Both the position numbers and the translations under genes were made by a program. The notes under the pieces were generated by a model. That model searched no databases. It had not been told where the DNA came from and saw nothing but the letters and a program-made list of their open reading frames with translations. From contig JBDOQK010000008.1 in the NCBI GenBank assembly GCA_040437565.1, forward strand, positions 372,001 through 436,000: a stretch of 64,000 bases of DNA, written 5' to 3'. How positions within the stretch are numbered: position 1 is the first letter of the stretch; each line of letters opens with the position of its first letter. The DNA is from Albugo candida. Lineage: Eukaryota. Positions 24,599-37,484 of the stretch are shown one piece after another.

Positions 24599-27102
24599 AT
24601 GATACCATATTCACACTCAGAAGGTCACGAAGATGAAAACCGCGTATCAGCTGAGAGTGCGTCAAGCAATTATATCGGTGATATCTTGACGGCTTTGATC
24701 AGCTTGGTAGTAGAGCAATCATTCGCAAGTGTAAGAACGCATCAAAAGTCTCAGAACCCTGAGGGGGACGGACCTATAGTACATGTGCCAGATATGAGCT
24801 CTCGACGTTTTGAACTGGGCCAGAAATCGATAATGTCAAAGCAAACCAGCAAAGCACAGGAATTCGAAACTGCGATGGCTGTTACTCAACTTACTTCTTG
24901 TGCAATAAATCCTGTATTCCCTGCTCTAATCTGTGAGTCGAGACCTGCGGAGAACTCTTCTGACGCGACTTCATCACGGATGAACGACAAAGAAAGTAGT
25001 AGGCAATACGAGACGATTTCAGAAGGACTTGATGATTCCAAAAATCAATCATCCATGATCAAGGATATACACGCTAAAACGTTCACTTGTACGAAGGAGA
25101 CCTTTGCTAAGAAAATCCAAGTTCGTACGCACGGCTTCGTAAATAGTACGAGAACACCGCTGCATATGGCTCCTGAGACGTTGCAATCCCCAAGATTGAA
25201 TCCATCTACAACCCGCAGGAATACTACTATAGGGATACGAAAAGAAGCAGCTTTTATTCAAAAGAGAATGACTGGAAGGTCTCCTGCGCTCTCACAAAAG
25301 TGGGATACAAATATCACGGTTCGTGAAAAAAGCACGGCCCGTGTCAAGCCTCTGAACATTCTCACGAATGCAGAGACTGGTACTGAAGCCTTGCACGAAG
25401 GCACGCAAGATATTAGAAAAGTTCAAGAGGAATCTAATAAAGCTAAGCTATCCATGCAAGAAGGTCAGGAAATGCTCTTGGTCAAGCCAAAGTGTCCTGA
25501 TCAAGGATGCCAGACATCTCGAACACCGGAGTATTGTTTCTCACAGAGCAAACACGGATCAATTGTCGAAGTATGGCTTCAAATATTCTATTATTTATCG
25601 GTTCAATCATCCACGGCGATTCCTTTTCTTAGACGCTGCAACATTTAGCTCGATTGATGCACGCAAATTCTGCAAAGGACGAGTTCAATACTGACTTGTA
25701 TGAAGTATTCGATCAAGTGCAAAGCATTATGCAAAACATAAAGGATCAAAGGGACAAGTGCTATAAAGCTCATGCTGACACTAAGGCGCTTGAAAAACCT
25801 CGCGATGATTCAACAGTTTTCCGTGCGCGGGTCAAAACTCAGGTACATTATGTGATGTATACGATTTTACTATCAAGGTTTGATAGCGGTACGTCAAAGG
25901 AACGAATGCTTGAAGCCGAAATCGAATCAGGGCAAGATCGTATTCTCAAACTTAAGTTACAGCACGAGAAGGAGCTGCAAAAGGTATAATATGACAGGTT
26001 CTATGAATGACTGATTACAAAGTCAATTCCACAGCTTGAGAAAGAATTGACACTAAATCGAGTAGCCAGGATAGAGGCGGAAAAATCTCACTCTGATGTT
26101 TGCCTTGAGCTGAGACTTTGTCGCCAAGAAGTGGCTTCGTATGTTGCGGATGCCGTATGTGCTAAGCGGTATGTGAAGCAGTTCCTCGGTGATCAAATGA
26201 TTTGGATGCTGATCTTTGTATGAATAGTTACAAGAATCAGCTGGAAAAAGAGCTTTTGTGCTGTAACAATAAATTGCAGTTTGGTGAGATTGTAATAGAA
26301 AAATTGAAGGTAAAAGTAAATACAATGAAGAAACTCGTTGCACGGACACAAATGCAGATTGAGAAGTATCGACAAAGCAACTTGCAAAATGGCAATGAAC
26401 TACTAGAAGATAACATGCAAAAAAGTATTTCAACTGCAGCCAAACAAGTAACAGATTGCAAGCGTTCCAGTAAAATGACTGAAGATGCCACGCCAACCAA
26501 GTATGCCTTAGCACCATTTCCGTTCTTGTCAATTATAGCTTGCTTCTAGTTCACAGAAGGATTCTATCAATTCGGAAAATTGTCAAAATGCGGCTGACGA
26601 AGAAGAGCTACGTAAACTGCAAGCAGAAGTTGTGCAATCAGAAGAAAAACTACGCCAGGCGATACAACAATCACAGTCAAAGCTAGATGAGCTATTCAAT
26701 ACTAGAGCCGAAAGCTACATGGGCGAGACGATTGCCCTTTCCAGCTATCCCCTTGCTGAGAAGATTACATCTATAGACTCAGCTGCTGATAATTTTAGTA
26801 TTGCAGTAGAGAATGAGACACGAGACGTCTTGATGATTCCTTTGGAAACAGATTCGCTCGATATGGCAATATCCAATCAAACAAGTGAATTGTATCAGCG
26901 GTGGTCGAAGCAGCGATATGAGATGCAACAAAACAAATTCTTGACTGCAAAACCACGTTACTTTAAACATTCAGTGCCCGTCCAAAATAATTCAAAAAGT
27001 AAAGCCCAAGAGTCCATGTTGGAATTTCAGCGCGTACTATCACAAGCAACTTCGCTTGTGCATTCACGAGAATTCAGTAGCATAGGACACAGCAGTGCCT
27101 GA
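24599..27102 (+). CDS. Hypothetical multi-exon protein with low-complexity N-terminus and coiled-coil C-terminus
   Basis: Same-strand ORFs 24599-25648, 25654-25989, 26202-26549 and 26632-27102 with E/K/Q-rich heptads and plausible GT-AG introns. No family recognised. Confidence 0.55.
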
Positions 27103-27169
27103 AATGGCCCCGTCACTCAGAAACAGCACTCGGTCACTGTGTGATTATAGCGCACTACTGCATGGCAGT

Positions 27170-30100
27170 TTACGATTCAACATGTCGCCAGGAAGCATGA
27201 GGAGTTATAATAACGTCTTGTTGAGATGTAGGAGTCCAGAAGATCCTTTCCAAAATTTGAGTGCAAGAGATTACAAGCTGCTCCATTGTTTGATCGAATT
27301 GGAGACTACGATTAGTGAAAAATGCTCCGCCACTATTTCTCATCCTTTTCGATAAATCCGATAAGCTCAGTGACAACTGATTAACCGTTGCTTCATTGGT
27401 ACATTTCCAAGCATAACCCACCTCATTGGAATTAATCGTTCGTTCGAGTAGCTGGACAACTAGAAAAGTTGATTCTTTTGTCTCCGGCTTACTCGACTCG
27501 CAACTAAATGTTGTGCTTGAATTATATTCGAGAAGTTTCACCATAAGCTGTAGAAAAATTGTTCCCTCTTTACCACCATTGATGAGATAGCAACATAGCA
27601 TCTGGATTCGACACATCGGATTCTCTAGAACTTGATCAAATCTTTTTAAAATGTCCAGCAAAACGTTTTCGTCGGAAGTCTGAGAAAGATTCAAAATCCA
27701 CTCACTGCATTGCTTGAGCGTGGATCGGATCAAGATGCTGATAAGATGTAAAGCACTTTGCAGTAAGTATCCGTCCGAAGTGGAAAGCTTGTTTTGGGAA
27801 TCAAGGTGTCGTGATTTCGGAGAGCAATGGTTTGAGTCCATTATCGAAGCTACCATATTGCTTGCATCAAACTGATGCCTAAAATGCTCAATCAATGCAG
27901 CAGCAGCCTCATTTCGCAAAAGTCGTTCGTAAGGCAATAGGTAATCTTCCAGTTGAGTTATACAGTTTGCTTGAATGCATCTCAACGCAAATATCGCGTT
28001 CGACTGAATTCCAAGTCCGATAAAAAGAAGAAATTTTGCGCTGCTTGTATGCACTAGGCTCGATATGTTCTCGCTCTCTGTGACCGTGTTTCTATAGCAA
28101 TACCGGATTCGAATTTGACTTATCATATCAAGTAGCATTTCAAATGATACTATCTCTTCCAGCATCACTTTTTTGCTGTCCGCTTTGTTGGCATCGGATC
28201 TATCATGTACTATATTCATTCTCTCTTTCTCATTATCAAGCGGAGGTTCAGATATCGAAAAAAGTTCGAGAAGTAGATTGAAACAGTTGAGTGTTGCAAT
28301 GATGAGCTGTAAGCATTGAAATGCGACTTCTTCGCTGGAAGTTGACTGAAACACGAAAAAAACAGCTTCAATTTGCTTCCATATTGTGACTAGAGAAGTG
28401 GATCTTAGAAAGATCGCAATAATGGCGCTTTTCCGAGCTTGAAAGTCTGGAGAAGACCAAAGTGTCGATGTGAATCGAACGTGACGCAGTACTTGCACAG
28501 TGGTCTTCATCAGCACGATACGTGCAGGAAAATCAGCTTCCAACATTGTCAAATTTGCACTTGACTCATTTGATGGAACATTATGCTCCAGGTTGTCTAT
28601 TATAGAACAAACGAGTTCCTCGCTGAGAATTTGTTGCAAGATATGACGATCTTGGCAATGTGATAGTATGTTGCACGTTGTTTGTACTGTGTAATAACAG
28701 AAAACGGCGTCGTTAGAGTATTCTTCAAGTTTCGACCACATGATCTCAAAACCCTCTTTCACCAAATTCCATTCGACGTTTTGAGTTGCAGTAAGAAAAA
28801 GGAATTCTCCGAGGCATGCCAAAGCCCCAGATTTACACGCATTTCTGTGTGGGGACCGATCCTGCGATATGAGCTGTGTGGATTTGAGACAGATGTCGAT
28901 AAGCAGTTTGACAAATGACTGCATTTCGTTGTGGGATGAGAGCGATATAAACGTAGCAAATCGGAATAAAACTGCTAGGACAAGACATAAGTCCGACACC
29001 GTCTCCACTGTATCTTCAGTCCCGGTCACAATGGTACGAATCGCACACGCACGTCTATCCAGCGAAGAAACTTCAAGTCGCAGCATCCGAATGAGTTGTA
29101 TCAGAATCGAGCTATTAGTTAAAACATTGGCGAGTTTTGCGTGAAAGGAAAGCTGGAATAAGTAAGAGAGCAATGACTTCTTTCTCTTAATGTTCGTAGA
29201 ATGGTGTACTTCTTTTAAATCTTGATAAATATCTCGTAAGTGACATTCAAGCTTCTCAGTTGGGATTTGTAACAGCTCATTGGGTTCGTATACGTCGATT
29301 TTATTGTTTTGTGTGTCCAGATATCGTTCTGTAGGCATATGAAGAAACAATTCGGAATGCTCAGAAATGCTGGTCGTAGGAATGTGCATTTGAGTTGAAA
29401 CTTCGGCCACGTATTCCAAATGAAAATAAGCAATGGGTTTCAAATTCGCGTCAAATTGGGGCGACAGAATTAACTGAGATGGTCGTTTCAGATAGGATGA
29501 ACCGCAGTGTATGTGAATATGGCCTTTGGTATGCTGATGAGAGATTTTGCTCGAATGTTTGCCGAAAGATTCATGGGAATTAAGCTCTGATTTGACTTTC
29601 GTAGATGCTCGATTTGGCTGCGTTGGCCTCATTCTGGATATTGATGGATCAATTGTAATATCGCTTGATTGCTTTACATTGCAAGGGGATCTTTCTCGTA
29701 AGGAAGTAGCATCAAGACTTGATACATGCGTCTCAGCAATGCTTGGCTTCCTTGATGGTTTCTCTGTGATTCCACTCTGCGATTCCTCTGGATACTGGCT
29801 TGTTCTGAGTTTTGCAGATTGCTTGGTTAGATCCATGTGCTGATTTGCCTTATCACTGCGTAATGGTATATTTGACTCCTGATTGTGATCGACATTATCC
29901 TGTCGCTCATTCTTTCTTGTAGAGCGAGTCGATTCCATCTTATAATAGTAAGATTCATAAAGTTCTTGTTCAGGCATCTCAATATCCTTTAATCGTGAAA
30001 AGCCTTCCCAAAAAGGGTGACTGATGAGTGTGGTCCTGCATGAACAGTGTTTTGGTACTTTCGACTTCACACAAAGTATCATACCATCCCATTCGTTGGA

Positions 30101-31169
30101 CCGGATTTTCCGCAATCAATCCACTCAGCAGATGACAAAATTCTGCTGAGGCTGGCTGACCGGCAATGGGAGCTTTTCTCTGAGTTCGAACAGGTTGATG
30201 ATGTAGAAAAACCCATTTGATTGTGGGCGAACACATACCAGATTCTCCAGATTTAATGAAGTCAGGTCACTGGCCGGCGACTGACCTGTATATAATTCAT
30301 ACAATAGACATCCCTGGGATAATCGCTTTTTCTTAGTATAATCCGGAGATTTTCTACGGGCATACTTACGAGTGCCCAAAAGTCTGACGCGAAGCTGTAA
30401 ATGCCTGTCTGTGACAGTTCCGGTGCCATGAAAATGGGAGAAGCTGGTATGGGTTGCTTTTAAGAATAAAGCTTGAGAGTGTACAGATATTTTGAAGAAA
30501 GCAAAAGCAGGAACATCACCTTTTTGTTAGCTTGCGAGTCTTTAGTAGGAATCGAGCGTGCGAAGCCGAAGTCGGCAAACTGAAGGATATTGCATTGTCA
30601 AGTATTTCAAAATAGATTCCTTGAACATTCTCATAAACCTTAGGAGATCCACACTCGTCCAATAAAATATTTGCAGGCTTCAAGTCACAAAACAATATCC
30701 CATTCGAATGTAGATGCTGTAATCCGGCCATTAGTTCATATCCAAAAGCCTGTCGAGGTAGTAGAAGTCACTCATTCTCCATAAACAATTCAAACGTTGA
30801 TATACGTACGCGCACCGACTTCTCCGGAAGGCATTTGTCTTGCTTAATCACACTTGATAGGTCTCCACCAATGCAATATTCCAGTATCAGCCAGATGTGA
30901 TTTTGGGATTCATACCAGTTATAAAACTTTACGACATAAGGGCTCTGGAGCTTATGGAGGAGCTGAACCTCGTTAAGAATCTAACTCGCAGTATACATTA
31001 CTCAGATTACCAAATCTCAGTGAACGGAGGGCTTGAGGCATACTTTATCCATTCTCGACTTTGCTGTCGATTTCACTGCCACATATGTGATGGTATGCTT
31101 TTGTCTGGCTTTGTATACTGAAGAGTGCGAACCTCTGCCAATTTCTTCATAAATTTTGTAATTTTCCAT
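27170..31169 (-). CDS. ULK4: ULK4/RUNKEL-family kinase with C-terminal HEAT/ARM region
   Basis: MENYKIYEEIGRGSHSSVYKARQKHTITYVAVKS; WYESQNHIWLILEYCIGGDL; HSNGILFCDLKPANILLDE; ADFGFAR; MAPEL. Long helical C-terminus with ALACLGEFLF. Confidence 0.88.
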
Positions 31170-31260
31170 GACGGCGTCTCACATCGAACTGGCACTGGCG
31201 GTTGGATACGGGTTCACCGGGTCTTCTCAATCATATTTAGCACAAACCCAATACAACAAG

Positions 31261-33222
31261 ATGCAGTTGCTGGAACTTCTGCTCACTTGCAGTAGAGATT
31301 TTTTTCAATTGCTCGATGTGATGCTCGACACAGATGCAATTATAACACTGCAGTCAACATGTCGAGATTTTCATAATCTCTTGCACGAGTGCGTGGAAGC
31401 TCGCTGTAAACGGGAGTGTCTCAGCACTTATCTAGACTCAACACTTGCAGCAAGCCGAGCAGGTGCTGCTGTTTCAAGTGTAAGCGAAACACCACTTGTC
31501 ATTTTTTTCCTGATTGGATTGGGAGTAGACATGGCGGAGATTGTATGTAGCATTCCGCACTCTCAATCTCATGCAATGGGTATCTTGTGACTCCAAGAGC
31601 TCGACCATGTCAGAAGCGCTCCGTTTGCTTAAATATGATCTACACGAGTATATCGCTGATGAAGAAAATCGACTCTTGCTCAAGTAAGTAGTCTCTAGCA
31701 AAGAGCAAATCATTCGTTCACTTTAATGTATGATCGTTATGATAGAAGTGGAGGACACTACTGGTTCAGTGTGTCACAAGTTTCCAACGCAAACGTTTCG
31801 ATAGTACAGGAAACAAAGGAACCAGTTCTGACTGATGATGCAGGAACAATCAAAGATCCATTTTTATTACTCTCAGCATCACAGTCGCACGTTGTCGAGA
31901 TTGTACGGTGGGAAAGGATCCACGCTGTAGGAAACAGCCCTTCTCCGAGACGATACCATTCCATGACTTGTCTACCAAATACAAAATGTCGTCTAGATTT
32001 TTTTCTACAAGATGAGGCCCGTGACATCAACGGTGCCAAGTCGAGTACATCGCATGACAAACGTGACGACCTTTCTTTTTCCAAGCAACAAGTCTTTCAT
32101 GGAGATCAAGAGGTCATAGCACGGCGAATTCTTGTGTTTGGAGGTCAATCGGAAGACTTGCTCGACACTATGTATAATGATTTGCATCTGCTCGTGATAA
32201 CATCGATACCTATGACGGAATGCATTACGATGTCAAGTACAGTCAAGACAAAGCCAAGTAATCCGTGAGTGCATTAGGCCAGTCTTTTCCAGACTCATAG
32301 ACGCTATCTCAGTGCTAGGAGAAAGACTCTAGCAAGATGGATCAAGCCTCAAGTATCTGGCTCGGCACCAAATCCTAGAGATTTTCATGTCGCGACGTTG
32401 ATGTCACCAAAATTAGTGCTGATTACGGGTGGTAGAGATGGCTCCTCATCTCTTCGAGCCATGGACATTTATTGCCTACACATTGAGCCAGATGAATCGG
32501 GTACGCTTATTGCTTTGTCATTATTCCTCAGACGTTGCAACCATTGTACTTGACAGGACTTGGAGCATTTCGTTGGTCTCGTCCACTAAATCTCTCAGTT
32601 GTTCCATCCGGTCGTGAAGCCCACGCAGTCAGACGGTGAGAGTCATTGTAAGATCTGCGAGCACTCTTCACCTTTAGTATCGACAGAGTTTCTTCTAATG
32701 AGATCATAATCTTTGGTGGAAATTCGGTACGTTTTTTTATATCGTTAGAGTGCACACCCTCATCATATTGATCTCTGCCAGCTAAACCAGTTGCACGGCT
32801 TTCTGGATGTCCACCAAGTATCTTTGTCCAAAAAAGGCGACTACGAACTAGCATCATGGAAAGTTCCAGATATAGCTGGCCCTCGTCCGTTTGACAGACG
32901 AGGTCATAGCATTCATATAATTGGCAACAAAATGATTGTTTTTGGTGGACAAAGAATATGTCCAACAAAAGAAGCATTATCTCATGCAAACTCGCTAGGC
33001 CAGTTACTCAATGATTTGATTGTTCTTGATATCGAAAAAATGCGGTGGTACATTCCAAAACTAAAGCAAGGCGAAGCACCTTGCGCTCGACGTGGATTTA
33101 AAAGTCAGTACTTCGGAAGCGCAATCGTCATTTCCAGTGGATTTGTGCATTCAACAACAACCAATCGAGCCGATCGGATGCTTCCATCCACTGATATACA
33201 TATCCTCGATATCTGCACTTAA
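31261..33222 (+). CDS. F-box-like N-terminus plus kelch/galactose-oxidase repeat protein, multi-exon
   Basis: LDTDAIITLQSTCRDFHNLL (F-box-like); PSPRRYHSMT, ILVFGG, PNPRDFHVA...ITGG, PSGREAHA, RRGHSIHIIGNKMIVFGG, PCARRG. The 3' end is duplicated at 33324-33575 by a gap overlap. Confidence 0.75.
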
Positions 33223-34323
33223 ANNNNNNNNNNNNNNNNNNNNNNNNNNNNNNNNNNNNNNNNNNNNNNNNNNNNNNNNNNNNNNNNNNNNNNNNNNNNN
33301 NNNNNNNNNNNNNNNNNNNNNNNGAAGCATTATCTCATGCAAACTCGCTAGGCCAGTTACTCAATGATTTGATTGTTCTTGATATCGAAAAAATGCGGTG
33401 GTACATTCCAAAACTAAAGCAAGGCGAAGCACCTTGCGCTCGACGTGGATTTAAAAGTCAGTACTTCGGAAGCGCAATCGTCATTTCCAGTGGATTTGTG
33501 CATTCAACAACAACCAATCGAGCCGATCGGATGCTTCCATCCACTGATATACATATCCTCGATATCTGCACTTAAATTTGACCACATAGAATGTCTTGAA
33601 GTAAGGCAATATCTCTTCCGGTAGAAAAGTATGCAACTGAGACAATGTATACGTTGAGATTATTATCCTTTTTTTTGGCAATCATGAGAGCTTTCCCATC
33701 ACATCACAAAAATATACAAGAAGACCGTCCTAATCTTGCCGTGGTTACACCAGCGATGCCGAAGTATGCTGAAACCCATACAATAGCGCGACCTGCGACC
33801 TGCTATTGGCAGCGTGTAGGGCAGTGAAGATCTCCTTGAACTTCATGGAGAGAACGAAAATTTGGACGAAACGAGCGTATTTTATCAATCAGGTGTTGTT
33901 ATTTGTGTGCATAGAGCACGTAGAATTTTTAGCTTACTGGACGACAGCTGCCATCAAATACTGTTTAACCTCAGTCTCTTTAGCTTCTGGCAGCTGAACT
34001 AGTCGCTTTAAAACCTTCTTTACGGTAGTCTTGTTTAAATTATAATAATGATGCGAAACGAGCGTCAGTGGAAAGTGAACTCAGGCACGTAGAGACAAGG
34101 GACCGAAAAAGTACTTTTTCCGGCATTTAGAGCCACATACCACTAGCTATTTTCTGACGTTACAAGTAGTCAGTGAAGACTCTGTCACCTTTTCTTTAGT
34201 CTCATACTCTTGTAGGACAGCGATAGGCATCTATCTCATTCTGTCTCAAGTCACACACGTGCTGCAAGAGCACTGTAAACGTGTCCGGCGATCTGATCCC
34301 CGACATTGTACCCTTCTTTTACC

Positions 34324-37221
34324 ATGCGTGAAGATCCTTTGGATGAAGGCAATCTAGCTTCGCCCTTTACGTTCTGTGCCGCGCAAGTACGGTATTCCGT
34401 ATCAGATGTGAAGGAGCCTCGACCTTCTAGTATTTACATCCGCGATTCTATTCCATCCTTTAGTGAGGGTACCGATGTCAAAGATGATGACACAAAAAAA
34501 CACAAGAAACGACGGGATCAGAGAAAGTCGTTCACCTGTCAAACTTCCAATGAGGGTATCATAATTAGCAATCGAAAAAAGTATCGCAAAAAAATCTCTC
34601 ATCATCCCAAGTTACGCATTCTCCCAAAGAAAAACGTTCTGAAAACTTTTTTGGGGCTGAGAAGCGATAAAAAAAGTCTTAAAAATTTGAAATCAAACGA
34701 ACAAAAGACTCAGTCGCGTACTGAGCACTCGAATGATGATGCAGCTATTACAAGCTCGAATCAAGATCTTGATCAAGTTTCCGACAGCATGAATTTAGCT
34801 AAAAATGAGATTTCAGCTCCGCCAGATTCCATGATGGCAGCATGGGAATTACAACAGTCCACGTGCTCGGCATTCATTCCGTTGGAAACAAGTCCGGAGC
34901 CCGTCCAGATGGACAATATTGCACCTTCAAACTCGGAACTCGATCGGGTCGATTGCACTTATGCTATCATGTTCATGCCCTGGAGTGATTGCAATGATGA
35001 TTCAGCCGAGTACGAGTCAGTGAACTCTGATTTGGAGGTTAATTTCCAGCTATCAGCCTTAAAAGAACGATCTGATCTAAGCACGATCCTTAGAGTCAAA
35101 GAACAGTCTACAACCTGCTCGTCATCATTTCCTGTTTCATCTTCATCATGGGACTCGGATTCTACTTCTCCTTCCTCCAAGTCCACTCCAGTATCACGTA
35201 GAAACTGGCCGCGAGGAAGCGATAGCAGCGCAAGATCGCTTATGAATTGGGTCCCGGATTCCCACAGCAAAACATGCCAGAGTTGTGCCACTTCGTTTCG
35301 ATTGACACGACGACGCCATCATTGCCGTCTCTGCGGGATTTTGGTTTGTGGGTCGTGCTCCCAGTACAGCGCTATTGTGGTGCTACCACAATCAGGACTA
35401 GTCAAGACAGAGCGTATTCGAGCACCTTGGAACAAATATAAAAAGTTGCGGAGGAATACTTCTATTAGTAGCAGTTTTCCACCGGATTTATCAGCACGTG
35501 CGCAAGTTCCTCACCGAACATGCCGTAAATGTGCCAACACTTTGCATCACATGGCCGTACAGGGGGACTCACGCGTTCACAAGTTGGTCTCGCACAAGAA
35601 AAGTGAAAAACTTTGGTTAAAAGCTTCATCGAATCTCCGTAAAACCTCGGAATTGGAGTGTCTCCAGACCCCTTCTTCGATTTCGGAATCGCTTAGTATG
35701 TTTGATCAGCAGTATATGGCTCTGTCATGTGGATCAAGCCTCACGCGATATGTGGATTCCTTAAACAAACGACAAGAATTAGATCGTGTCAAAAAAGCTA
35801 CGTCAAAATATTTATCCAACTCCATTATCTCGAATGTATCCTTCATTGGTGAACGAAACTCTGTAGCTCTGCTAGAAGAGTCACTATCCAGGCCTCCCTG
35901 TTGTTCCCATTCCAGCAATGTTTACTTGATCAGCTCACAGTGGTTGCAGGAATGGCTTTCTTACATGAATCTGTCTACGGATTTAGTGCAAAGCTTCTCC
36001 GATACACTCCAATTCGATCGATGCGAAAAGAAACGCCCAGGCCCTATTGCGAACTATGAACTATTGGATTTTGTAGATGGCAAATTGCAACTTCGCAAAC
36101 ATATTGCAGACAAAATGTCGCTGATCTCAAATTTGGAGACCGAATGTATCAGCACGCTTAATGATATCAAGTTTGGATGTTCGAAAAACTTTGGAATTAT
36201 CTCCGAAGACCTGTGGGTTGCATTGCATGAGATGTATGGAGGAGGCCCAAGCATTTGCTCGTCAGCCAGGAAGGGTCTTGACGAGTCCAGAGTATACGAG
36301 AAAGTATGTCTCGCCGGACCTGCGATGCAGAATTGGATAATTCTAGAGGATGAATCGTTATTGTTTTATAAAGCCCAAGTCGATAAGGGTAGCAAGTCAT
36401 GGTTCAAGCATAAAAGGTCTGCTCAAAAGAATTCTCGACATAGCGTATGCGCTCCACCGACCTCCCGGCAGCAAGAACGATCCACTGCGGCTTTGTCAGA
36501 AAAGTTGGTGGAAGGAGCCGATTTTCCAGAGACGGAGCAAGACTTTCCACTCACAAATCACACTGAACTTTCTAGAAAAAACTCCCTGCGCCTTCTTCTC
36601 TCTTACAAACAGAACGATGCTTCAGCAAACAGAAAAAGCGAAGCCCGATCCAGTAGTAGTGGGTACACACATGATCGTCCGGATGAAAATGACACAATTG
36701 GTCTTGAAAGTAATTCACCTAAAGGAGCTACCGACCCGGTCAAAGATACCTCTCTCAAGTCGCAGGTAGCTCGCAAAACGGATCGACTTTATTTGGCTCA
36801 AACAGGCGCTCGTATTGGCCTCTCCACTCATAAATTCAAGTTGGACGAGAAACATACCAAAGGCGTCTTCAGCACACAAGGTTGCCCACAAAATAGCCGC
36901 CATTCGAGCCAAGCAATACGCACTCGTTTGAATCAACGATCCCGAGCACAATCTGGAGAGTCTGATAGAATGTTGCACAGTCATAGCGGAGAGCAAAATT
37001 TAGCTCGAAGAATGACCATTGGTGCCGAGGAAGATCTGGAAGCTGACACAGTAGCACCTGTGCAATCTGAGGTCCGTGGAAGTCTTGCTGCTGTCACTGC
37101 TTTTGCCACAGCTTGTGCAGAGGCACGTAAAAAGTCGGCTCGCTCGCTTGCCCGCTATAGCCGATCGGATAGTCTTATTCTGGAGCTCATGGATTGCGCA
37201 GATGGAAGTGCCTGTGCCTAA
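34324..37221 (+). CDS. FYVE zinc finger plus DUSP domain protein (single exon)
   Basis: WVPD...CQSC...RRRHHCRLCG.LVCGSCS...RTCRKC (canonical FYVE); VYLISSQWLQEW...PGPIANYELL...ISEDLWVALHEMYGGGPSI (DUSP). Confidence 0.85.
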   Translation: MREDPLDEGNLASPFTFCAAQVRYSVSDVKEPRPSSIYIRDSIPSFSEGTDVKDDDTKKHKKRRDQRKSFTCQTSNEGIIISNRKKYRKKISHHPKLRILPKKNVLKTFLGLRSDKKSLKNLKSNEQKTQSRTEHSNDDAAITSSNQDLDQVSDSMNLAKNEISAPPDSMMAAWELQQSTCSAFIPLETSPEPVQMDNIAPSNSELDRVDCTYAIMFMPWSDCNDDSAEYESVNSDLEVNFQLSALKERSDLSTILRVKEQSTTCSSSFPVSSSSWDSDSTSPSSKSTPVSRRNWPRGSDSSARSLMNWVPDSHSKTCQSCATSFRLTRRRHHCRLCGILVCGSCSQYSAIVVLPQSGLVKTERIRAPWNKYKKLRRNTSISSSFPPDLSARAQVPHRTCRKCANTLHHMAVQGDSRVHKLVSHKKSEKLWLKASSNLRKTSELECLQTPSSISESLSMFDQQYMALSCGSSLTRYVDSLNKRQELDRVKKATSKYLSNSIISNVSFIGERNSVALLEESLSRPPCCSHSSNVYLISSQWLQEWLSYMNLSTDLVQSFSDTLQFDRCEKKRPGPIANYELLDFVDGKLQLRKHIADKMSLISNLETECISTLNDIKFGCSKNFGIISEDLWVALHEMYGGGPSICSSARKGLDESRVYEKVCLAGPAMQNWIILEDESLLFYKAQVDKGSKSWFKHKRSAQKNSRHSVCAPPTSRQQERSTAALSEKLVEGADFPETEQDFPLTNHTELSRKNSLRLLLSYKQNDASANRKSEARSSSSGYTHDRPDENDTIGLESNSPKGATDPVKDTSLKSQVARKTDRLYLAQTGARIGLSTHKFKLDEKHTKGVFSTQGCPQNSRHSSQAIRTRLNQRSRAQSGESDRMLHSHSGEQNLARRMTIGAEEDLEADTVAPVQSEVRGSLAAVTAFATACAEARKKSARSLARYSRSDSLILELMDCADGSACA

Positions 37222-37484
37222 GTGTGATAATATGGAGCATTGGTACTAAGAAACACTACACTTCGGTATCTTAAGATAAGCAAGTGGTGCATCTTTTAGG
37301 TTTCCAACCTGCAATCTTATATATGTATTGAATATATTTGGTGTCGAGTTGCTTCACACCACCATAACAGTAAGATCTCTTTTCGATGCCACCCCGTTAC
37401 GTCCTACTTTGTCAGCTGCTATCATCCAGGATTGATGATAAGTTTGGTACAAATTCTTCAGCCGAAAAGACCTTTACCAAGTAC

